Origin: Candidatus Sumerlaeaceae bacterium | GTDB lineage: Bacteria; Sumerlaeota; Sumerlaeia; Sumerlaeales; Sumerlaeaceae | DNA length: 64,000 bases | Assembly (NCBI GenBank): GCA_049968255.1 | Contig: JBMFRB010000002.1 | Coordinates: 153,772-217,771 of the forward strand | Reading direction: 5' to 3' | In this document: positions 56,803-64,000 of the stretch, in pieces | How the letters are laid out: each line of letters begins with the position of its first letter | Position numbering within the stretch: position 1 is the first letter of the stretch | The notes under the pieces: model-generated | What the model was told of the DNA's origin: nothing | Databases searched by the model: none | Seen by the model: the letters and a program-made list of their open reading frames with translations, nothing else | Position numbers and translations under genes: made by a program

Positions 56803-57516
56803 ATGTTCAGCGTGGAAGATACGTTTTGGTGGTATCGAGGACTCCGTGCTCTTTTGAAGGAAACTCTCATAGATCTCTCCAAAAAAAAGAGCGAGCACCG
56901 ATTGCAAGTTATCGATGCGGGGTGTGGGACCGGCGCCAATATCAGCGAGTGCAGAATGCTCATCGAGGGCTTGGGAATCGATCTCGCGTGGGAAGCTCTG
57001 GTTTTGGCCCGCAAGCGTGGCCTCCAACATCTCGTCCGTGGGCGCATACAGGAACTTCCCGTACGCGATGCCAGTTGCGATGTTCTCATGAGCATTGATG
57101 TGCTTTATCACCGCTGGATTGAGAATGATCTTCAGGTTTTGCGGGAGTATTTTCGTGTGCTGGTGCCGGGCGGGTGGTTAATTATTCATGTTGCTGCTCA
57201 TGAGTGGTTGCGGGGAAGCCATGACGAGGTGGTCATGACGCGACATCGTTACTCGCGATCCGAGCTGGTAGAAAAAGTTTCTGCAGCTGGGTTTCGTGTG
57301 AGGCGGGCAACTTATCGCAACACCCTTCTTCTCCCCTTGATGCTGCTGCGGCGCCTTATAACTGCGAACACCCCTGTGCCCGTATCGGATTTGCGGGTTC
57401 CTCCACGATGGCTCAATGAGACTCTTTACTGGGTTTTATGGGTCGAAAATGCATTGCTTCGTGTCGCAGATTTTCCTACAGGGGGATCGCTCTTTGTCCT
57501 CGCACAGCGGCCGTAG
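56803..57516 (+). CDS. Class I SAM-dependent methyltransferase
   Basis: Start ATG 56803 (MFSVEDTFWWYRGLRAL...). SAM-binding motif I (VIDAGCGTGANI) and post-I/II motifs (DVLMSIDVLYH, LVPGGWLII). Confidence 0.7.
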   Translation: MFSVEDTFWWYRGLRALLKETLIDLSKKKSEHRLQVIDAGCGTGANISECRMLIEGLGIDLAWEALVLARKRGLQHLVRGRIQELPVRDASCDVLMSIDVLYHRWIENDLQVLREYFRVLVPGGWLIIHVAAHEWLRGSHDEVVMTRHRYSRSELVEKVSAAGFRVRRATYRNTLLLPLMLLRRLITANTPVPVSDLRVPPRWLNETLYWVLWVENALLRVADFPTGGSLFVLAQRP

Positions 57517-57534
57517 GATGAGGAGCCATCTTGC

Positions 57535-58113
57535 TTACGTTGAGGATCTATGTAGCCGGGCCAGCTGATGAAAGATGATGGCGGCGGCGGCTCGCACCGA
57601 GAGATGATTGTAGGATCCTACGCCGAGGATTGGCTCGAGCACGTAGTCCACATCTAAGATGAGTTCGGGGTGCAGTCCCCAACCTGTTCCGAGGATCAGG
57701 CAGAGCGGGAGTTCCGGCTTTTGGTGCATCTTCTGTGCCAAGGCTTCTAGGGGCAGGGTGTTTGGATAGCGCCGAGCGCTGGTAGCGATCCAAAGGGGCG
57801 GAGTGCCATGGGAGCGTTCTATGGCGTCGCTAACATGGCCGAGGTCTGGAACAATGCTCACGAGCGACAGTGCATCTTTGCGATTCGGATTGTAGGTTGC
57901 GCCCCAGCCCGTGTTCCAATGTTCGAGAATACGGTGAGCAAGCCACCGTTGAGCCTTGACGGGGGTGACAACGAAGTAGTGGGCAAGTCCGAAAGTTTTG
58001 GCCGAGCGGGCTATATCGTGAATATCGAGATTTGTAATGGCTGTCGCGACAGCGTGATCGTGTTTGTCGCGAATCGGGTAGTGCAGCAAGGCGGCGTAGA
58101 GCGGAGCAAACAT
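57535..58113 (-). CDS. SPOUT-class (TrmL/TrmH-like) RNA methyltransferase-like protein
   Basis: ATG 58113 with AAGAGGAGA RBS. SPOUT-like motif pattern: DIHDIARSAKTFGLAHYFVV, LILGTGWGLHPE and SYNHLSVRAAAAIIFHQL (trefoil-knot region). Confidence 0.5.
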   Translation of the reverse strand: MFAPLYAALLHYPIRDKHDHAVATAITNLDIHDIARSAKTFGLAHYFVVTPVKAQRWLAHRILEHWNTGWGATYNPNRKDALSLVSIVPDLGHVSDAIERSHGTPPLWIATSARRYPNTLPLEALAQKMHQKPELPLCLILGTGWGLHPELILDVDYVLEPILGVGSYNHLSVRAAAAIIFHQLARLHRSST

Positions 58114-58240
58114 AGTGATCTCCTCTTGATGTCGTGCCATGTCGAGTGCAATAAGTTTTCGATATTACTCATTCGCTAAACATTACAACCCGAGCACAAA
58201 GAGGTAAGGAGTAAACACTTGCTCATGAGGCGGTTGAAGT

Positions 58241-59158
58241 ATGAAAAAAATTCTAAGCCCTCACAGTAGGCTTACAATTTTCTTGGGGGATATCGTTCGA
58301 CATCTTCCCGCCAGATGGGTCGGGTCATTTAGCAAATGGGTTGGCCGTTTCATTTACTTTGTACGTCCCAAGCGCCGGCGAGAGGTTCAGAGGGCCTATG
58401 AAGTTCTTTGTCGAAAAGCCAACTTGGAGCGAGACCCGAAGCAGCTGACGCGCACCTTTTTTGAATGTCAGCTCATGCTGATGACCGGCGCATATTCGAT
58501 GCGAGAGCAGCCCGAACAGCGGTTCTACGAGCTCTGTGAGACCCAAGGTCTTGACAATGTCCGGAAGTTAGCCTGTTTGGGCAAGGGGCTCCTCGTCGTG
58601 ACTTTTCATTTTGGCACGCACCTGCTCAGCTTTGTCAAACTTGAGCAAGAAGGGTTTTCAGTAACCACCGTGCGTCCGCTCTGGATGAAGGATCTCGAAG
58701 GGAAAAAGCTCCGGCGGATGCTTTTCATCGACCGTGAAACAATTTACGCTGGAGAAGGGGATGGCCTGGCTAGCCCCGTGCGCTCCATCGTGCGGGCCTT
58801 GAAAGACGGAAAAATTGTGGGTTTTGCGCCGGATGGTGATCAAGGCGGTGCTATGACGGAAATGCCGCTGTTGGGTGGCCTTTATCCAATGCGCCGAGGA
58901 CTTTTCGAAATTGTGCGCCTTGCCCGCTGCCCCGTGGTTTACGCACAAGGAATTGTCCGCAACCGAAAGTACTATATTTGGTATTCAACGCCAATGGAGC
59001 CCCCAACAGATGGCAATATCGAGAACTTTTTGGAAGAGCTTTGGCTTTTTTTGCAGAAGCGTTTTGAGCAGTTTATTCGTGACTATCCGGAGTCCGTTTG
59101 GTGGACCAAACCGATGGAGATTGCTCTGAATTTAAGAAAAAGAGGGCAATCTTCGTAG
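58241..59158 (+). CDS. Lipid A biosynthesis (Kdo2-lipid IVA) acyltransferase family protein (LpxL/HtrB-like)
   Basis: LABLAT-family pattern: N-terminal membrane-associated region, GKGLLVVTFHFGTHLL (GKGVIxxxxHxGNWE-like) and the acyltransferase HX4D-region analogue. Confidence 0.6.
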   Translation: MKKILSPHSRLTIFLGDIVRHLPARWVGSFSKWVGRFIYFVRPKRRREVQRAYEVLCRKANLERDPKQLTRTFFECQLMLMTGAYSMREQPEQRFYELCETQGLDNVRKLACLGKGLLVVTFHFGTHLLSFVKLEQEGFSVTTVRPLWMKDLEGKKLRRMLFIDRETIYAGEGDGLASPVRSIVRALKDGKIVGFAPDGDQGGAMTEMPLLGGLYPMRRGLFEIVRLARCPVVYAQGIVRNRKYYIWYSTPMEPPTDGNIENFLEELWLFLQKRFEQFIRDYPESVWWTKPMEIALNLRKRGQSS

Positions 59159-59342
59159 CAGGGCCGTGGGGGCGCCCTGCAGTAACTCTTGACGGACTTT
59201 ATCTGGTTGGTCAAAACGGCGGTGATTAGAAGTGTGCTTGGGGCTGCGGAAAGCCCAAGCCGTCAGAAAAGCGAGGTAGAATGAACCAGAAAGGCGCCCC
59301 CAACTCTGGGAAATTGGCAACGAGGAGCTAAGCTGGACCAAC

Positions 59343-61133
59343 ATGTTCAAACCTGAGAATCCTATTATTGTGCAAAGCGACATGACGGTGCTTCTTGAAA
59401 CAACGGGGCCGTTGTTCGAGGATGGACGTGATTTTCTCGGACAGTTTGCTGAGCTAGAAAAAAGCCCGGAATACCTTCACACCTACAGAATCACGCCGCT
59501 TTCGTTGTGGAATGCCGCGGCCGCTGGGCTGAAGGCGGAAGCGATCGTTAGCCGCTTGGTGGGGCTGGCCAAGTATGCAGTGCCGCAGAATGTTCTCACA
59601 GAAATTCGCGAGCAGATGGCACGCTTCGGCAAGCTACGCCTGGTCAGAGATGACGCCACAGGAGAGCTACAACTGGTCTGCGATGACCGCGCTGCGCTTG
59701 AAGAAATCTGTGCTTCACCGCGGGTGAGCGAGTTTTTGATCGAGCGACGCGACGATCGAACACTGATCATCAATCCGGCTTACCGCGGCCGAGCAAAGCA
59801 GGTTCTCATCAAACTCGGCTATCCCGTCGCAGACCTGGCCGGATTCACAGAGGGGGATCCCCTCACTTTTGAGATTCGAGCAGTGACCCGCCTTGGGCTC
59901 CGGTTCAATCTTAGAGAATATCAGCGCGATGCCGTTGAGACCTTCTGGGCAGGAGGTTCCCGGGCAGGTGGAGCTGGTGTGCTTGTTCTGCCCTGCGGGG
60001 CAGGCAAGACAATCATTGGAATTGGCTGCATGGAGAAAGTTCAGCAACACACGTTGATTCTCACCACGAATATCACAGCGCTTCGACAGTGGATGCGAGA
60101 ACTTCTCGACAAGACCACCTTGACGGAGGATCAGGTTGCCGAGTATAGTGGGGACAAAAAGGATATTCGGCCTGTGACGGTGACTACTTACCAGATGATG
60201 ACTTATAAGCCGAGCAAGTCCGACCACTTTCCCCACATGGACCTTATCAAGCAGCATAATTGGGGGCTGATCATTTACGATGAGGTTCACCTGCTTCCGG
60301 CTCCAGTTTTTCGTGCGACGGCAGAAATTCAAGCGCGCCGCCGGCTGGGATTGACCGCGACACTGGTGCGTGAGGACGGGCGCGAGGACGACGTCTTCTC
60401 GCTGATCGGCCCGAAGCGTTTCGACAAGCCGTGGAAGGAGCTCGAACAACAAGGATGGATCGCCAAGGCGCGTTGCATGGAAATTCGCGTTCCTATGCAG
60501 CCAGAAAAGCGTATCGAGTATGCGCGGGCCGAGCTTCGCTCCAAGTATCGTCTCGCTATGGAGAATCCCGACAAAATTCCCGTGCTTCTCAGGCTGCTCG
60601 ATCTGCATCGCGATGATAACATCCTTATCATTGGCCAATACCTTGATCAGTTGCAGGAGATCAGTAAGCTGACCGGCGCACCCATTATCACGGGTGAAAC
60701 GCCGAATACCCAACGCGAGGAGCTTTATGCAGCGTTCAAGTCTGGGCAAATCAAGGTGCTCGTTGTCTCAAAGGTCGCGAACTTTGCGGTGGATTTGCCT
60801 GATGCCAACGTGGCGATCCAAGTGAGTGGTACATTCCGTTCACGTCAGGAAGAGGCCCAACGCGTTGGTCGCGTGCTGCGCCCAAAACCGGGCCAGAATT
60901 ACGCGTACTTTTACTCGATTGTGACCAAGGACACGAAAGACCAGGAGTGTGCCAAGCAGCGGTCTTTGTTCCTGACCGAGCAAGGGTATCGCTATCGGAT
61001 TAAGATCGTGGATCTCTCCAAATTGGATGGCGAGACTTTTGACTTCGATATGGCCGACGAACTCGTCGGCGTGGAAGTTGCTGCTGACACGCAAGTTGAG
61101 GATGAAGCCCTTCTGGAAGCCCAGGATTTGTGA
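59343..61133 (+). CDS. XPB/ERCC3/Ssl2-type SF2 DNA repair helicase (bacterial XPB homologue)
   Basis: 596 aa. The helicase core matches the XPB family motif-for-motif: LREYQRDAVETFW...GVLVLPCGAGKT (Walker A), IYDEVHLLPA (DEVH), LGLTATLVREDGRED, LIGPK, GWIAKARC, QEAQRVGRVLRPK, FYSIVTKDTKDQE and KQRSLFLTEQGYRYRI. An N-terminal XPB-specific domain of about 190 aa lies ahead of the core. Confidence 0.85.
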   Translation: MFKPENPIIVQSDMTVLLETTGPLFEDGRDFLGQFAELEKSPEYLHTYRITPLSLWNAAAAGLKAEAIVSRLVGLAKYAVPQNVLTEIREQMARFGKLRLVRDDATGELQLVCDDRAALEEICASPRVSEFLIERRDDRTLIINPAYRGRAKQVLIKLGYPVADLAGFTEGDPLTFEIRAVTRLGLRFNLREYQRDAVETFWAGGSRAGGAGVLVLPCGAGKTIIGIGCMEKVQQHTLILTTNITALRQWMRELLDKTTLTEDQVAEYSGDKKDIRPVTVTTYQMMTYKPSKSDHFPHMDLIKQHNWGLIIYDEVHLLPAPVFRATAEIQARRRLGLTATLVREDGREDDVFSLIGPKRFDKPWKELEQQGWIAKARCMEIRVPMQPEKRIEYARAELRSKYRLAMENPDKIPVLLRLLDLHRDDNILIIGQYLDQLQEISKLTGAPIITGETPNTQREELYAAFKSGQIKVLVVSKVANFAVDLPDANVAIQVSGTFRSRQEEAQRVGRVLRPKPGQNYAYFYSIVTKDTKDQECAKQRSLFLTEQGYRYRIKIVDLSKLDGETFDFDMADELVGVEVAADTQVEDEALLEAQDL

Positions 61134-61136
61134 GCC

Positions 61137-63878
61137 ATGAAACTCCGAACGATTCTTCAAAAGCTACCGCTCGAGCAGCTCCTTCAGATCGCTGAATTCT
61201 GGCAATTTCAAATTCCAGAAAGTGTGCAGCCGCTCGGCGAAGGCGGTCAGGCGCGGTTGGTTGAGTACCTTTATCCGCGCATGCAGACGGCAAAATATTT
61301 TTTTCGGACAATGGAGCGCTTGGCTCCACGCCAGCGGAATGCTTTGAAATTTCTTGCCGTGCATGGAGGTGAGCTTCCTGCCCGCGAAGTCATCGAGCGC
61401 TGTTTTGGAGGCGACATCGCAGGAGGGGAGAACGATCTCCGCGAGTTGGCCGCCAAAGGTTTTATTTATTTGGATGTTTCTGAGCCGGCGCATCCGTACG
61501 TCGTACTTCCGGAGAGCGTACGTTACATTTTCGAGCTTGGGACACAGCTCACAGGGTATTTGGGTGCGCTTCTCCAGCGAATGGCCTTCAACGATTTAGC
61601 GGCGCTTGCGGAAAAGGTCACGGGCGACAAGAGCTTCTGGAACATCCAGCGCGAGAAGGTGATCCGCCGTCTGCGAGAGTACTTGTTAAATCCGGAAAAC
61701 CTTCGGCGCCACATTGAGTCCCTTCCTGTGGACGAGCGGTTGCTTTTCCATGCACTTGTGGAGCGGGATGGCTATGGCTTTTACGGTGACTTATTGGAGG
61801 TAGGTGGCCGTCGGCGCTTCGATCTCAGTCGCACCCAGCAACTCAACTCGTTGCTCACGAGAAGGGGAATCGTTTTTCAGGTGTCAGACGGTGCGAATAA
61901 GTACGCCAACCTCCTCATGGTCCCGCGCGATGTTCTCTATATTGTGACGCATGATTATGCGCCAGACGTTCGGCCTTTAGAAGAGCTTGAGCGAATTGGT
62001 GGGGGCAAAGATGAATTCCGCCCCGCAATGGTTGTGGACAACTCGCTAGTCGTATTTAGAGACCTGGTCGTTTTGGGGAGTTCCATTCATGCGCAAAATT
62101 TCAAAGTTCTTGCAACGGGCGGACTTAGCCGCGCTGAGCTGCGGCGGCTTGTGCCTCTCCTCGGCCCAAGCCGGAGTCTAAAATACGCCACCTTCCTTGC
62201 CGCTTTTCTCATCTGGGCAAAGTATCTGCGACCAGTGGGGGAGTACTGGCGTCTTTCAGATTCGTTTTCCGATACGCTTGCGAATCCTGGCCGCTTGTTT
62301 GCGGAGCTTTTCCATTGGTGGCTCGACGTAAATCATTGGAACGAAGCGCATCCTGATGGGCTGCTCTGGGAGGAAGAGGAGCCAACACGAGGTTTCGTCG
62401 CGCTTATTGAGATGCGGCGGGAAGTGGTGCAAGCAATCTTTGCCGCTAACACTGCCGGAGCTTGGATTCCGTATGCTTCTTTCGAGGAGATTGTTTTACC
62501 CAAAATGGTGGCCGTAGCCTTCCCCGACGGTAAGGCTGACGCGTCGATGCGCGGTCAATTGCGCCGCATTCTTTACTCAATCGTCACGGAGCCGTTGACG
62601 TGGCTTGGATTGCTGTCACTCGGCGCAGCGGCAAAGACTGTGTTTTCCCCCGACAGTCCGATAGACATCGACGCTTTATCGCAGAAGAAAAATTTAAAAA
62701 AAACCGGGGTTCCTGCTCTTAAGTTCTCATTCCGTCCCACGGATTTGGCACGCGGCATGTTTGAGACTGGTGCGATTCAACCGTGCGAAGTGTTCCGCGA
62801 CGTTGCGCCAAACACCTTTCCGCTCTCCTTCTCTGCGGAGTGGCTGATTGTGCAGCCCAACTGCGAGATTGTGGCGCCACCGGACTTGCGGCTATCGAAC
62901 CTTTTGAGCCTTTGCGGGTTTTGTGAGGTCCGCAGCATTGACGTGATGACCTCGCTCGCCGTGACCCGCGAAAGTCTGCAGCGAGCCCTTGACCTGGGGG
63001 TTCGGGGACAAGATGTCCGCGATTTGCTGACGCGTTTGAGCCGCTCAGGGCTGCCGGAGACCGTTGATCAATTGATCACCGACTGCCTAGAAAGGCACGG
63101 GGAAGCATTTCTTGGCAGCGCAGGCGGTTACGTTGTGACTGAGGACGAAGGTGTCATTGAGCAAATCCGCTCGAACAAAGAGTTCGAAGACATTATCAAA
63201 GACGTGGTGGGGAAGAGCACACTGATCTTGGCACCGGGGGCAAATCTGGAGCGATTTGCCCGCCAGTTGCGTGGCCTAGGGCTTATGCCCCGAGTCGAGA
63301 CAGGTACTGTCGAGACTACGCGCGACCAGCGGTTCCACCTCAACCTTTCGGCCGAGGAATACTATGAGCTTCTCGCTTTGCTACGTCTTGTCGAAATTAT
63401 CGAAGAAGAGCTCGACGCCGAAATCGTGGATGATCGGGGACGTTCGCTTATTGACCATATCGAGCCCGATAGCGCCGGTTTTGCACTTATCCATGAAGAG
63501 GCGCAAAAGGTAGCCCTCCGGTATTCACGAAAAGTGCGTTCAGCACTGCTGCGGATGCGGTCGGAAATTGAGGAGAAGTATAAGACGCAGGTATCGAGAA
63601 TTGTAGCTAAAGCTCGTGGTCAACGAGGGGCAACGCGTTTTCAATTCCGCGGTGCCAATCCCGCTGTGGAGAGAAACGATATTGTTCAACTGCTGAAATT
63701 TGCCCTCGAACATGAACTCGAAACAGAGATCCATTACGTGAAGCGCAATGAAGCGGAAACTACACTCCGCATTTACCCAAAGAGCTTTGAGGGCAACCGG
63801 CTTTACGCTTACTGTGTGGAATCCGATCGAGAGGCCATTTACTCGGTGGACCGCATCCTGAAAGCCGCTCTCATCTAA
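61137..63878 (+). CDS. XPB-associated large protein: winged-helix-like N-terminal repeats, an internal domain paralogous to the XPB N-terminal domain, and a WYL-like C-terminal domain
   Basis: 913 aa. ATG starts 3 nt after the XPB stop. Residues around 610-720 (SLQRALDLGVRGQDVRDLLTRLSRSGLPETVDQLITDCLERHGEAFLG...STLILAPGANLERFARQLRGLGLMP) align with the XPB N-terminal segment (SLWNAAAAGLKAEAIVSRLVGLAKYAVPQNVLTEIREQMARFGKLRL...RTLIINPAYRGRAKQVLIKLGYPV). The C-terminus (EIHYVKRNEAETTLRIYPKSFEGNRLYAYCVESDREAIYSVDRI) fits the WYL-domain pattern R.V.P...WYL.A.C....R.FRLDRI. Confidence 0.6.
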   Translation: MKLRTILQKLPLEQLLQIAEFWQFQIPESVQPLGEGGQARLVEYLYPRMQTAKYFFRTMERLAPRQRNALKFLAVHGGELPAREVIERCFGGDIAGGENDLRELAAKGFIYLDVSEPAHPYVVLPESVRYIFELGTQLTGYLGALLQRMAFNDLAALAEKVTGDKSFWNIQREKVIRRLREYLLNPENLRRHIESLPVDERLLFHALVERDGYGFYGDLLEVGGRRRFDLSRTQQLNSLLTRRGIVFQVSDGANKYANLLMVPRDVLYIVTHDYAPDVRPLEELERIGGGKDEFRPAMVVDNSLVVFRDLVVLGSSIHAQNFKVLATGGLSRAELRRLVPLLGPSRSLKYATFLAAFLIWAKYLRPVGEYWRLSDSFSDTLANPGRLFAELFHWWLDVNHWNEAHPDGLLWEEEEPTRGFVALIEMRREVVQAIFAANTAGAWIPYASFEEIVLPKMVAVAFPDGKADASMRGQLRRILYSIVTEPLTWLGLLSLGAAAKTVFSPDSPIDIDALSQKKNLKKTGVPALKFSFRPTDLARGMFETGAIQPCEVFRDVAPNTFPLSFSAEWLIVQPNCEIVAPPDLRLSNLLSLCGFCEVRSIDVMTSLAVTRESLQRALDLGVRGQDVRDLLTRLSRSGLPETVDQLITDCLERHGEAFLGSAGGYVVTEDEGVIEQIRSNKEFEDIIKDVVGKSTLILAPGANLERFARQLRGLGLMPRVETGTVETTRDQRFHLNLSAEEYYELLALLRLVEIIEEELDAEIVDDRGRSLIDHIEPDSAGFALIHEEAQKVALRYSRKVRSALLRMRSEIEEKYKTQVSRIVAKARGQRGATRFQFRGANPAVERNDIVQLLKFALEHELETEIHYVKRNEAETTLRIYPKSFEGNRLYAYCVESDREAIYSVDRILKAALI

Positions 63879-64000
63879 CCCGAGAGCGAAACATTGAGGA
63901 AATCCAGAAAGAGGTCGCCTCAAGGTGCGCCTGGCATGGCAAGACATCGTGGATGTGGAGCTTTTACGCTGCTACGTCAATCCGGACGATAAGGTGCTTG

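Noticed and set aside
56455-57111. 218-aa minus ORF, and the upstream extension of the 55179-57095 ORF
   Set aside because: Both overlap the plus-strand class I SAM methyltransferase, which has clear motifs. The secreted-protein gene has a proper signal-peptide start at 56597, so the upstream extension is untranslated.
1-64000. CRISPR arrays, rRNA genes, transposases/integrases, prophage genes
   Set aside because: No short regularly spaced direct repeats and no recognisable transposase, integrase or phage structural gene signatures were seen. The region reads as core chromosome.
63927-64000. Possible start (GTG) of a further plus-strand gene running off the window (VRLAWQDIVDVELLRCYVNPDDKVL…)
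   Set aside because: Only about 25 codons are visible, with no motif. It cannot be supported.

Overview
This 64 kb window reads as a GC-rich bacterial chromosomal segment. About 55 protein genes are packed on both strands, with one stand-alone tRNA-Ile(GAT), no rRNA, no CRISPR array and no obvious mobile element. The ORF track labels TTG/GTG starts as 'M', so several starts below are re-picked to the nearest ATG or RBS-supported codon.

The gene content is mostly housekeeping and cell-envelope functions of a diderm (Gram-negative-type) organism. Recognisable genes include GH31 alpha-glucosidase, recD2, tyrS, a nitrite/sulfite reductase, an M23 peptidase, a WecA-family transferase, plsC, pepA, comEA, alr, pgsA, rsmD, trmB, prs, thrB, murG, lgt, priA, plsY-gpsA, GT2 and GT-C-type glycosyltransferases, prmA, accB-accC, fusA, murJ, lipB-lipA, nusB, an AMIN-domain amidase, add, an FtsX-type permease, a prepilin-like protein, a LolA-like protein, an LpxL-family acyltransferase and two methyltransferases. 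The prepilin-like gene and the LpxL-like gene point to a diderm lineage, possibly Armatimonadota/PVC-like, but this is unverified.

The findings most worth a second look are:
- a tightly coupled pair at 59343-63878: an unmistakable XPB/ERCC3-type repair helicase followed 3 nt later by a 913-aa protein that carries a paralogous copy of the XPB N-terminal domain and a WYL-like C-terminus;
- a catalytically degenerate E2-type lipoyl-domain protein at 42407-43651 that heads the lipB-lipA operon;
- a full-length, GCKR-collinear two-SIS-domain protein at 11172-12890;
- an orphan ThiH/HydG-like radical SAM enzyme at 26294-27691;
- a roughly 400-nt gene-free gap at 54782-55178 with plus-strand T-runs, which may hold an ncRNA.
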